Positions 40,232 through 49,249 of a stretch of DNA of 64,000 nucleotides are shown here, in pieces; position 1 is the first letter of the stretch; every line of letters begins with the position of its first letter. Position numbers and translations under genes: made by a program. The stretch spans positions 11,953-75,952 of the forward strand of contig JAHDCL010000001.1 of NCBI GenBank assembly GCA_020629875.1, written 5' to 3'. Source of the DNA: Hellea sp. Its GTDB lineage: Bacteria > Pseudomonadota > Alphaproteobacteria > Caulobacterales > Maricaulaceae. Under the pieces are notes generated by a model, which did not search any database, was not told the origin of the DNA, and was given only the letters and a program-made list of their open reading frames with translations.

Positions 40232-41977
40232 TCAGAGATGATATTCGATTTGAGCTCCGTGAGCATTTCCTACAGTTTTTTTGATGGCATCAATTTGCGA
40301 GAGAAAAACCTCGCCCGTTAGATTGTGTAATAGGTGTGAGCGTTTGAGTTTATCCATCACTGGTCCTTTTACTTCGGACAGGTGAAATTTGATATTTGCT
40401 GTCATAAGTCGCTCGTTTATCGCCTCTAAACTTTCCAAGGCGCTTAGATCTATATCATTCACGGCAGAACACATCAAAACAACATGCTCGATTTGCGGTT
40501 TGTCTAAAGCGAGATCGTATATGGCATCCTCCATAAAGCGAGCATTCGCAAAATAGAGGGATTCATCAATTCTCAAGGTTAGCAAACGTGGGCTCGTTAT
40601 GACGTTATGACGCTCTACATTGCGGAAGTGATCCGTATCTCTCACCTGTCCGACCACCGCGAAATGAGGTCGAGAAGACTTATAAAGAAACATTGCTATT
40701 GAAATGATGACGCCGGACATAACGCCCGCCTCTACTCCTAAAATTAGGGTTATAAAAATGGTTACCATCATGGCCGCGAAATCAGCTTTGGAGTAAGCCC
40801 AGGCCTGCTTGATGGAGGCAATATCGACTAATGACAAAACTGCGACGATGATGGTCGCGGCCAGGGTGGCTATAGGTAAAAAGTAAAGCAGGGGTGTCAG
40901 AAAGAGGGTGGCGAGAGCAATACCAATCGCCGTGAAGGCGCCCGCAGCTGGCGTCTCTGCGCCAGCGTCAAAATTGACGGCAGAGCGCGCGAAACCTCCT
41001 GTGACTGGGTACCCGCCTGAAAATGCACCCGCGATATTAGCGGTGCCCAGACCAATTAACTCCTGATCTGGGTCAATACGTTGTCGTCTCTTTGCTGCGA
41101 GGGTTTGCGCGACCGAAATACTCTCAACAAACCCGATAATCGCAATAATGAGTGAGGATGCTAAGAGACTGCGCCAAAGCTCTAAGTCGAACTCAGGTAC
41201 TGTTAATGGAGGGAGACCTTTGGGGATGTCGCCTACGATTTTGACCCCTTGATTTGCAAGCCCTAAAAAATGTACCGATAGAATTGAAATCACGACAGCG
41301 ATGACGGGGCCAATTTTTGTTCCGATACCGGCCAAGCGTTCAGATAGTCCCAGCTTCATCAAAAGCGGTTTGAGGCCTTTCCGAACCCAAAATAAAAATA
41401 GCGTCGCGATTATCCCAATCGTTAGGGTAGGTGTACTGGTTTCGGGTAGCTTGGAGATCAAACTTTGTCCCATTTCCAGAATATTATGCCCGGATGCATC
41501 AACCCCCAAAATGTGTTTCAGCTGGCTAACCGCAATTAAGAGACCAGAAGCCGTAATAAACCCTGAAATAACTGGATGGCTCAAGAAATTTGCGATGAAT
41601 CCCAGTTTTAATAATCCCATCACTGTTAACATGATGCCAGAGATCAGCGCCAATAATATGGCCACAGCCAAGTATTCCGGTGTGCCTTGCGCGGCTAATT
41701 TTCCCGCGGCTACGGCGGTCATCAGTGAAATCACGGCTACCGGCCCTACTGCCAGGGTGCGACTGGTGCCAAAAATAGCGTAGGCGACAAGGGGTAAAAT
41801 ACTGGCGTATAATCCCACTTGTGGCGGCAAGCCTGCAAGAAGGGCGTAGGCTAATGATTGCGGAATTAACATGATTGTTACAATGATGGCGGCAATACCA
41901 TCATTCACAAATGTTCCGCCTTTGTAGGCTCTACCCCAACTTAATACTGGGAAGTAATTTGACAATTTAAATGACAT
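40232..41977 (-). CDS. SulP family anion transporter with STAS domain
   Basis: PQSLAYA, GLYAS, GGFARS; C-terminal LYFANA STAS. Confidence 0.93.
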   Translation of the reverse strand: MSFKLSNYFPVLSWGRAYKGGTFVNDGIAAIIVTIMLIPQSLAYALLAGLPPQVGLYASILPLVAYAIFGTSRTLAVGPVAVISLMTAVAAGKLAAQGTPEYLAVAILLALISGIMLTVMGLLKLGFIANFLSHPVISGFITASGLLIAVSQLKHILGVDASGHNILEMGQSLISKLPETSTPTLTIGIIATLFLFWVRKGLKPLLMKLGLSERLAGIGTKIGPVIAVVISILSVHFLGLANQGVKIVGDIPKGLPPLTVPEFDLELWRSLLASSLIIAIIGFVESISVAQTLAAKRRQRIDPDQELIGLGTANIAGAFSGGYPVTGGFARSAVNFDAGAETPAAGAFTAIGIALATLFLTPLLYFLPIATLAATIIVAVLSLVDIASIKQAWAYSKADFAAMMVTIFITLILGVEAGVMSGVIISIAMFLYKSSRPHFAVVGQVRDTDHFRNVERHNVITSPRLLTLRIDESLYFANARFMEDAIYDLALDKPQIEHVVLMCSAVNDIDLSALESLEAINERLMTANIKFHLSEVKGPVMDKLKRSHLLHNLTGEVFLSQIDAIKKTVGNAHGAQIEYHL

Positions 41978-42016
41978 AAATCATTCCGCCTGCACAGAGC
42001 CTGCTCAAAACACGGG

Positions 42017-43696
42017 CTAGTGTAAAGTGATTTCAGGCTTTGCTAGAAATTCTTTACCCTTCAGCATCTGATTCCAATAAACGTTGGGCAGGAGACTGTC
42101 CTTCATAAACCAAGCCGCGCGGGTCGGTTTAGTCCCCTTCAGCATCCAAAGGGGCAGGGAGGGGAGTAATTTCCCACCATACCCAAATTCAGCTAGAACA
42201 ACTTTGCCTTTTTCAACGGTTAGCGGGCATGCGCCATAGCCATCATAATTCGCGCGGGAATTTAACGAATCCATTTGCGCCACGATATTATTGGCGACTA
42301 TGGGGGCTTGCTTGCGCGCGGCTGCCATTGTCTTCGCATTTGGTGTGGAGCCGGCATCTCCTAGGCCGTAAATATTAGAGTACCTATTGTGCTGTAGGGT
42401 ATGCTGGTCAACATCAACCCATCCAGCTTCATTCGCAAGAGGGCTGGATTTTATGAAATCTGGGGCCGATTGCGGTGGGCAAACATGGAGCATATCAAAT
42501 TGTCGCTCGATTAGTGTTTTCGATCCATTTTGATCAGTTCTCTCGAACCATGCTGTTTTGTTGGGTCCGTCCACTTTCACAAGGGTTTCTCCGAAGTTTA
42601 GCTCGGCATTATAGCGTTTCACATATTCCATCAGTGCAGGAACGAAGGCGGCGATGCCAAAGATAGCGCCGCCTGTGTTGCAGAACTTCACATTAATATT
42701 TTTTAGAACCCCTGATTTAAGCCAATGGTCCGCTGATAGGTACATCGCCTTTTGAGGCGCGCCAGCGCATTTAATGGGCATGGGGGGCTGGGTAAAAATA
42801 GCTGTCCCAGATTTTAATTCTTGAACGAGTTTCCAAGTATAGGGCGCAAGATCATAACGATAGTTCGACGTCACCCCATTTTTTCCCAATGTTTCAACAA
42901 GTCCTTCGATCTTATTAAAGTCAAGTTGCAGGCCGGGGGCGACAACGAGTGTGTCGTAATTTATGGCTGAACCATCAGAGAGTGAAACCAAGTTCTTATC
43001 TGGATTGAATGAGTGCGCAGCGCATTTGATCCATTTGACCTTGTTAGGAATTAAATCTTTCATTTTGCGGCAGGTCTTCTCGGGTTTAAATATGCCGCCG
43101 CCCACCATGGTCCATCCCGGTTGATAAAAATGTTCCTCACTTGGTTCAACAATAGCAATGTCCAGATTTGGTTTTCGTTTCAGTAAGCTCGCAGCTGTCG
43201 CTATTCCTGCAGAGCCACCCCCGATGATTACCACCGTGTGTTTAGCAGGAGCGTTAGTTATGGAGGGCGTCATAATTTTTTCGCGCCTTTCTAGTTCTGG
43301 CTTTATTTTCGATAGGTCATACCCTGCATTTGCCGCTTTGCTTACGATTGTTCCTGCGGGGAGCTCACCAGCCAGGGCATGGGCCCAGAGTGTTGTTGAG
43401 CGGGTACCTGTGCGGCAAAAAGCTAGTGCGGGGCTGGGCGCTGACGAGAGCGCGGCTTTGAAATCATTGAGGTTCTTGTCAGTTAAGCCGCTCGGCTCAA
43501 CAGGGATGTAGTAATATTCTAGGCCCAGCTCCTCGGCTCGCTTCTGCAGCGTGTTGTTTCGAGGCTGTCGCGGCGCTTCTCCATCAGGTCGGTTATTAAT
43601 AATCGTTTTATAACCTGCCTCTTGTAACGCCTTTAAGTCGCCTAGTTTCAATTGCGCTGCAACAGATAGCGTGTCCGTGAGTGTCTTTGGTTCCAT
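42017..43696 (-). CDS. sqr: DUF442 sulfurtransferase fused to sulfide:quinone oxidoreductase
   Basis: NNRPDGE...FCRTGTRS; GGGSAG, KCAGAPQK and YDGYGACP. Confidence 0.9.
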   Translation of the reverse strand: MEPKTLTDTLSVAAQLKLGDLKALQEAGYKTIINNRPDGEAPRQPRNNTLQKRAEELGLEYYYIPVEPSGLTDKNLNDFKAALSSAPSPALAFCRTGTRSTTLWAHALAGELPAGTIVSKAANAGYDLSKIKPELERREKIMTPSITNAPAKHTVVIIGGGSAGIATAASLLKRKPNLDIAIVEPSEEHFYQPGWTMVGGGIFKPEKTCRKMKDLIPNKVKWIKCAAHSFNPDKNLVSLSDGSAINYDTLVVAPGLQLDFNKIEGLVETLGKNGVTSNYRYDLAPYTWKLVQELKSGTAIFTQPPMPIKCAGAPQKAMYLSADHWLKSGVLKNINVKFCNTGGAIFGIAAFVPALMEYVKRYNAELNFGETLVKVDGPNKTAWFERTDQNGSKTLIERQFDMLHVCPPQSAPDFIKSSPLANEAGWVDVDQHTLQHNRYSNIYGLGDAGSTPNAKTMAAARKQAPIVANNIVAQMDSLNSRANYDGYGACPLTVEKGKVVLAEFGYGGKLLPSLPLWMLKGTKPTRAAWFMKDSLLPNVYWNQMLKGKEFLAKPEITLH

Positions 43697-43704
43697 AATG
43701 GCCT

Positions 43705-44574
43705 CTAAACCGCGTTTAATGGAATTTTTAGATAGCGAGTGCCATTCTCTTCCGGCTCTGGTAGCTCACCTGCACGCATGTTGATTTGAATGGATGGGAG
43801 GATGAGCTTTGGCATGTCCAAAGTCTTGTCTCTCGCATTTCTCATTTTAATAAATTCATCACGACTCACGCCTGAATGAAGATGAATGTTATTGGCTTTT
43901 TGTTCACCAACAGTCGTTTCCCAGGCGTAGTAATCTCGGCCCTCGGCTTTATAATCATGGCATAAAAACATGCGTGTTTCATCCGGCAAAGCATAGAGTT
44001 TTTGTACTGAATCGTATAAAGTGCCAGCATCTCCGCCAGGGAAATCACAGCGTGCAGACCCATAATCCGGCATAAATAGAGTGTCTCCCACGAAAACCGT
44101 ATCGCCGATATGGTAGGCAATGCAGGCGGGAGTGTGCCCGGGAACGTAAAGGACATTGGCTTGCAGATTTCCAATTTCAAATTTTTCATTTTCTGCAAAC
44201 AATTTTCCGAATTGACTGCCGTCACGTTTGAACGTCTCATCTTCATTAAATAAACCGCCGAATACTTTTTGAATATCTGGAATGTGCGCGCCGATGGCAA
44301 TCGTGCCACCCAGTTTCTTTTGCAAGTAAGGCGCGGCAGAGAAGTGATCTGCGTGAGCATGGGTTTCCAGAATCCACTGAGTCCGCAGGCCCCTTTCTTC
44401 GACAGTGGCGATAACTTCATCAGCTGACTCTGTAGTGGTGGTGCCTGAGTTAGGGTTGTAATCCAAAACAGAGTCTATGATTGCGCAAAATTTCGTTTCT
44501 AGATCGGCCACTATATATGTAACCGTATTCGTGGAATCATCGAAAAATGAAATAACTTCTGGATTAGAGGCCAT
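43705..44574 (-). CDS. pdo: Persulfide dioxygenase (MBL fold)
   Basis: ETHAHADH, GHTPAC, GDTLFMPDYGSARCDFPGG and LKIPLN; start at ATG 44574. Confidence 0.9.
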   Translation of the reverse strand: MASNPEVISFFDDSTNTVTYIVADLETKFCAIIDSVLDYNPNSGTTTTESADEVIATVEERGLRTQWILETHAHADHFSAAPYLQKKLGGTIAIGAHIPDIQKVFGGLFNEDETFKRDGSQFGKLFAENEKFEIGNLQANVLYVPGHTPACIAYHIGDTVFVGDTLFMPDYGSARCDFPGGDAGTLYDSVQKLYALPDETRMFLCHDYKAEGRDYYAWETTVGEQKANNIHLHSGVSRDEFIKMRNARDKTLDMPKLILPSIQINMRAGELPEPEENGTRYLKIPLNAV

Positions 44575-45022
44575 AGTTAGGCTCCTTTCTTTGCAAACTT
44601 GAAGCAGCGTCGTCATTGCCCTTGCCTTGGAGAGCCTGGCCCGTGTTCGTAAACTTTGGCCGTGGATTAAAGGCTATTGTATTGGCTCCAATTGCGGCGT
44701 GACTGTTGACCGGTTTATTTCTCGTTCGCCCTCTGCTCACATCACAAATGGCTTCCATGAGAATGCGCATGGAGGGATCCGTGAGTGAGTAAAAGACGAC
44801 TTTGGACTGGCGCCGCGGTGAAATGACTTTTGCATCTCGAAGGTGGCCGAGTTCGCGCGAGAGGGTTGGTTGTCGGATATTTAACTCAGTTTCGATATCG
44901 CCGACTGACATCTCACCCTCCAACAAGCGGCACACAATTAGCAGACGATTGGGGTTTGAAAGTAGTTTTAGTCTCGCTGCAATTTCTGGGGCATTGTGGG
45001 AGAGGTCTTGTGAGTAACTCAT
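44564..45022 (-). CDS. ArsR-family persulfide-sensing repressor (BigR/SqrR-like)
   Basis: NPNRLLIVCRL...QPTLSREL..LR...EAIC; both sensing-type Cys present; ATGA overlap with prx. Confidence 0.85.
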   Translation of the reverse strand: MSYSQDLSHNAPEIAARLKLLSNPNRLLIVCRLLEGEMSVGDIETELNIRQPTLSRELGHLRDAKVISPRRQSKVVFYSLTDPSMRILMEAICDVSRGRTRNKPVNSHAAIGANTIAFNPRPKFTNTGQALQGKGNDDAASSLQRKEPNYGL

Positions 45023-45723
45023 GAGGTTCCTCGGCAAGGTTTCCCTGTATCATTGGCGACCGTTTGATAATACCAAGCTTTGCCGTCATTTTGTTTGAGC
45101 GCATCGTTAAACAGACAGGGGGCATTGTGAAGAACTTGTTCGCCCGGTTGCCAGTTCGCTGGTGTAGCCACTTTTTTTTCTTCAGAAAGTTGGAGGGCCT
45201 TGATGAGGCGGATAATTTCGCTCACTGACCGCCCTACGCTCAAGGGGTAATGGGTGAGGGCTCTTAATATGCCGTTGGGGTCAATAATGAATACGGATCG
45301 TACAGTCGCTGTGCTTGAAGAGCTTTCATGAATCATCCCGTAAGCGGCCGAAATGGCCATGGAGACATCTTCTATGACGGGGAAGGTAACCTTGATGCCG
45401 AATTTGGTTTCAATGCTTTCAAGCCAGGCAATGTGGGAATAAATGCTATCAACCGACAAGCCCACGAGCGAGCAATTTAATGCTTCAAATTCTGAGATGG
45501 CACTTTGAAATGCTATAAATTCCGATGTGCAAACAGGCGTAAAATCCGCAGGATGAGCGAATAAAACAACCCATTGCCCACGTAAACCCTCGAGCGATAG
45601 CGTGCCTTGTGTGGTGCGGGCGGTAAAGGTTGGGGCCAGCTCATCAAGCTTGGGGCTGACCCCGCGCAGCGTATAATCTTCAATGGGGGCGTTATTTTCA
45701 TGCGTTGTCACAATTAGCTCCAA
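45019..45723 (-). CDS. Peroxiredoxin, Prx6 type (copy 1)
   Basis: HPADFTPVCTSE, YP..VGR and TPANWQPG. Confidence 0.88.
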   Translation of the reverse strand: MELIVTTHENNAPIEDYTLRGVSPKLDELAPTFTARTTQGTLSLEGLRGQWVVLFAHPADFTPVCTSEFIAFQSAISEFEALNCSLVGLSVDSIYSHIAWLESIETKFGIKVTFPVIEDVSMAISAAYGMIHESSSSTATVRSVFIIDPNGILRALTHYPLSVGRSVSEIIRLIKALQLSEEKKVATPANWQPGEQVLHNAPCLFNDALKQNDGKAWYYQTVANDTGKPCRGTS

Positions 45724-45753
45724 GTTTGCTGGTTGGAGTGTGTATAGCGATTA

Positions 45754-45796
45754 CAATATACAAAATCAACAGTATAATTAAGTAAAATGTATATTG
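45754..45796. promoter_or_regulatory. Inverted repeat, candidate ArsR/BigR operator
   Basis: CAATATACA-N25-TGTATATTG in the divergent promoter. Confidence 0.5.
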
Positions 45797-45854
45797 ACTC
45801 TAATGCTTGGTTTGACTACATGGATTCCTGAACGTAGATGCGAGGATTTTTGAA

Positions 45855-46484
45855 ATGAGTTTACGAATTGGAGATATCGCGCCTGATTTTACGGCCGAAA
45901 CGACAGGCGGCGAGATTAATTTTCATGAGTGGGTCGGAAATGACTGGTGTTTTTTCTTTTCTCACCCCGCGGATTTTACGCCTGTCTGCACAACAGAGAT
46001 GGGGCGAACAGCTCAATTGGCTGATGAGTTCAAGAAAAGAAATACCAAGCCACTCGGCCTTTCGACAGACGGTGTTGAAGAGCATCTAGCGTGGATTGAT
46101 GACGTTAACGAAACCCAGAATACCACGCTTGAGTTTCCGATCGTTGCTGATGCCAATAAGAATATCGCTGAACTGTTTGATATGATTCATCCTAATGAAA
46201 GTAATACAGCAGCCGTGCGATCTGTTTTCATCATTGGCCCGGATAAGAGAATTCGCCTGACAATGACTTATCCAATGAGCGTGGGACGAAATTTCGATGA
46301 AGTTTTACGGGTGATTGATGCGCTTCAGGCAGGAGATAAGAATGGAATTGCGACGCCCGCGGACTGGAAAGTTGGCGAAAAGGTTATCATTCCGCCGTCC
46401 GTTTCCAATGAAGACGCGGAAAAGAAGTTTCCGCAGGGTTTCAATGAAGTTAAATCTTATCTCCGTTATACCTCAATTGGCTAA
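45855..46484 (+). CDS. Peroxiredoxin, Prx6 type (copy 2)
   Basis: SHPADFTPVCTTE, YPMSVGRNFDE and TPADWKVG. Confidence 0.93.
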   Translation: MSLRIGDIAPDFTAETTGGEINFHEWVGNDWCFFFSHPADFTPVCTTEMGRTAQLADEFKKRNTKPLGLSTDGVEEHLAWIDDVNETQNTTLEFPIVADANKNIAELFDMIHPNESNTAAVRSVFIIGPDKRIRLTMTYPMSVGRNFDEVLRVIDALQAGDKNGIATPADWKVGEKVIIPPSVSNEDAEKKFPQGFNEVKSYLRYTSIG

Positions 46485-46505
46485 TCGACCCTTCTTAGCC
46501 AAGAT

Positions 46506-46535
46506 TTCCCCTGGCAACTCTCTCTGCCAGGGGAA
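46506..46535 (+). other. Intergenic stem-loop without U tract
   Basis: TTCCCCTGGCA-8 nt-TGCCAGGGGAA between prx and yeeE. Confidence 0.6.
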
Positions 46536-46547
46536 TCACATAAGGAT

Positions 46548-46979
46548 ATGAGCATGGATAATTTTACTCCCATTTCAGCTGCGCTTGGCGGTGCAATGAT
46601 TGGTTTAGCTGCCGTCTGGTTGATGGCAAGCGCCGGCCGAATTGCAGGGATAAGCGGTATTTTGGGCGGAACCGTCACTGCCAATAAAGGCGATAAATTA
46701 TGGCGCTGGACGTTTTTGGCAGGGCTCATCATAGCTCCATTGATTGTTGGGTTATTTGATAGCTCGCTTCTTGATGTGCAATTTCCGACAACCGGGCCTT
46801 TACTGATTGTCGCCGCAGTGCTTGTGGGTATTGGCACACAACTTGGTAATGGTTGTACCAGTGGACATGGTGTCTGCGGAAATGCGCGTCTGTCGATGCG
46901 CTCAGTTTTGGCAACCCTCACCTTCATGACAACTGGGGTAATAACGGTATTCGGCTTACGCCTATTGGGAGGTCTTTAA
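46548..46979 (+). CDS. YeeE/YedE family sulfur transporter subunit
   Basis: GRIAGISG and GCTSGHGVCG. Confidence 0.92.
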   Translation: MSMDNFTPISAALGGAMIGLAAVWLMASAGRIAGISGILGGTVTANKGDKLWRWTFLAGLIIAPLIVGLFDSSLLDVQFPTTGPLLIVAAVLVGIGTQLGNGCTSGHGVCGNARLSMRSVLATLTFMTTGVITVFGLRLLGGL

Positions 46980-46980
46980 T

Positions 46981-47397
46981 ATGCGGCTTTCTATTTCTAC
47001 ATTTATATCCGGCTTGCTATTTGGTGGCGGATTGACGGTATCCCAGATGGTCAACCCTAACAAGGTGATGTCCTTCCTTGATATTTTCGGAGATTGGGAC
47101 CCCAGTTTAGCCTTTGTGATGGGCGGTGCGTTGATTGTTACATTCATTGGATATCGTTTGGTGTTGAAGCGCGAACGCCCTTTATTTGAAGACGGCTTTC
47201 GTCTTCCTACGCGCACTGATATTGATCCCCCACTATTAATAGGCGCAGGACTTTTTGGTGTTGGGTGGGGATTAGCTGGCCTGTGTCCAGGCCCCGCCTT
47301 GGCCAGTGCCACTTTCGGGGGGATTAACGCTTATATCTTCCTTGGAACGATGATCATGACGATTTTGCTTTACCGGATTGTTAAACAGAAAACGTAA
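46981..47397 (+). CDS. YeeE/YedE partner subunit
   Basis: FLDIFGDWDPSL and GWGLAGLCPGPA. Confidence 0.9.
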   Translation: MRLSISTFISGLLFGGGLTVSQMVNPNKVMSFLDIFGDWDPSLAFVMGGALIVTFIGYRLVLKRERPLFEDGFRLPTRTDIDPPLLIGAGLFGVGWGLAGLCPGPALASATFGGINAYIFLGTMIMTILLYRIVKQKT

Positions 47398-47587
47398 TGC
47401 CCGTCTTAAAAACTGGAATTTCTCTCTGGCGACACAATCTCTGAGCGCTGTTTTCAGTTCTAATTATGATCTGCAAAGCTAAACTGCCGGGCTTGAGCTT
47501 AAATGAAGAGGAGAAGGTCTTCTTACTGTTTCGCGGGATAGGAGAGGCTTTAGCATGACCATTTAATCATGCCAAAGCGATTCACAA

Positions 47588-48781
47588 TCAGTAACCTTTG
47601 ATGACCATATCTACTTCCCTTACCGCGCAAGCTAAGTGATAGAATGTACTTGCTGGCATTCCTGAAGACGCAATATTTCCATCCTTATCTAAACAATCGT
47701 ACCAACCACCCTTCATGGGGGTGTCTAAAAAATGCGTAAGCAATTTATCAATCATGATTGCGGCTTCTTGGAGGGCATCAGAGTGCCCGAGCCTATACCT
47801 CGATATACAAGCCTTTATAAATTCGGTTTGAGGCCACAACCGACTTTTCCCGTCAGATATGGTACCGTCCAAACTATATTCGTTTATGAGGAAGCCAGTT
47901 TTTAGGTTTAATCCAGATGAGACTGCCGAGTAATATAGCGAGTCGACATATTGTTTGACTTGCCGCTTGCGGAGGCGACCATACCATTCAAGCAACCAAC
48001 ACCACTCCATCATATGACCAGGTTCGACTCTGGCACTCTCAATGTTTACGGGTGTCCAAACTTCGTCGAAGTATTCAAGGACGCAATGATTGGGTAAATT
48101 GTAGAAACTGGTTTTGAAAAGCCCAAAAATTTCATCGGCTAACTCCAGAAACATATCGTCATAGGTCGCCTCATATGACGCTAGGAAGGCCTCAAAAAGA
48201 TGCATATGCGGGTTCTGACGACGTGGAAGGCTATTATTACAGTTTTCAACCCAACCTCCTGCATTGGATTTGAAGTGCTCGTTAAGAAATGCGGTAGTTG
48301 CGTAAATTAAATCATACGCATGAGGGGAATTCGTGGCACGAAAATGCCAAGCACTTGCCAGAAGTAGAAAGGCTTGATCATAAGTGTCTCTTGTGCTGTC
48401 CTGTAGGCTTCCATCTATATTTAGCAAATGGGCACAACCAGAGAACTGTTCTCCTGGGAAGCTCTCACCTGATTGTAGGCCCTGCTGGGATAGGTATTTC
48501 CAAGCGTGATTTGACGCGATGTCTGAGGCCGCAAACCAAGCTTTACTGTTGGCTAATGAATATACATAGCACTGCCGCGCTTGAACTCGTACACGGCGCT
48601 TAGAAAATAGATCTGGGGAACCATCATAACACAGGGATTCGTGAAATCCGCCAGAGCTGTCGATGCCATGTTTTGCCCAAAAGGGTAGCGCATCATTTTT
48701 GCACCAATGTATCAACCGGTTTGCTTGAAACGAGAATTCGGAACTTTCAAGTTTCTGGGAGAGGTTTTTAGAAATGCTCAT
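47588..48781 (-). CDS. AGE-family epimerase/isomerase (mannose/M6P isomerase-like)
   Basis: RVQARQ, YDQAF, QNPHMHLFEA, EPGH..EW, RLWPQTE and YHL. Confidence 0.88.
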   Translation of the reverse strand: MSISKNLSQKLESSEFSFQANRLIHWCKNDALPFWAKHGIDSSGGFHESLCYDGSPDLFSKRRVRVQARQCYVYSLANSKAWFAASDIASNHAWKYLSQQGLQSGESFPGEQFSGCAHLLNIDGSLQDSTRDTYDQAFLLLASAWHFRATNSPHAYDLIYATTAFLNEHFKSNAGGWVENCNNSLPRRQNPHMHLFEAFLASYEATYDDMFLELADEIFGLFKTSFYNLPNHCVLEYFDEVWTPVNIESARVEPGHMMEWCWLLEWYGRLRKRQVKQYVDSLYYSAVSSGLNLKTGFLINEYSLDGTISDGKSRLWPQTEFIKACISRYRLGHSDALQEAAIMIDKLLTHFLDTPMKGGWYDCLDKDGNIASSGMPASTFYHLACAVREVDMVIKGY

Positions 48782-49014
48782 TTCGAGACCAACGTCATTT
48801 TTAACGTGAACAATTCTAATTGCGCATCAACAAGATTTTGCCGATCAATTGGTCGATTTGAAACACTTGCGCAGGCTTTATGGAACCGTTGGACTTTGTG
48901 TTCCAATATTTTTATCTCGTTAAGTGTTTCGGTTATTCGAGAATTGAAACTGGCTCCACTCTCCCCGATTAAGCAGCTCGTTTGCTCTGACGGCTGTTGC
49001 ATAGTTTTCTCCAT
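48778..49014 (-). CDS. Small hypothetical protein (78 aa)
   Basis: ATGA overlap with the AGE gene; directly downstream of a sigma54 motif. Confidence 0.5.
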   Translation of the reverse strand: MEKTMQQPSEQTSCLIGESGASFNSRITETLNEIKILEHKVQRFHKACASVSNRPIDRQNLVDAQLELFTLKMTLVSK

Positions 49015-49035
49015 TAAAGTTTGTAAGAAAAACTT

Positions 49036-49051
49036 CGCAAGAGTTAGGCCA
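49036..49051 (-). promoter_or_regulatory. sigma54 promoter (TGGCCTAACTCTTGCG)
   Basis: GG-N10-GC with TGGC/TTGC cores, 22 bp upstream of the ATG at 49014. Confidence 0.7.
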
Positions 49052-49115
49052 ACTAAAATTTATATATATTACAATAGGATAGATCATGCCGTTGCTAGGC
49101 GAACGGCAAAATAAA

Positions 49116-49149
49116 TTGCAAATTGCAAATCGGTCTTCGCGTTGTGCAA
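49116..49149. promoter_or_regulatory. LuxO-type enhancer pair
   Basis: TTGCAAATTGCAA (exact TTGCA-W3-TGCAA) at 49116; degenerate TCGCGTTGTGCAA 21 bp later. Confidence 0.7.
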
Positions 49150-49249
49150 ATGGTTCAGATAGAATCTAATCCTGGAAAAATCAGAAACAACTATTTTATA
49201 ACCGAACCTTAATCAAAGTTTGTCATGGTTGTGAAAAAGGTTCGCGTCC

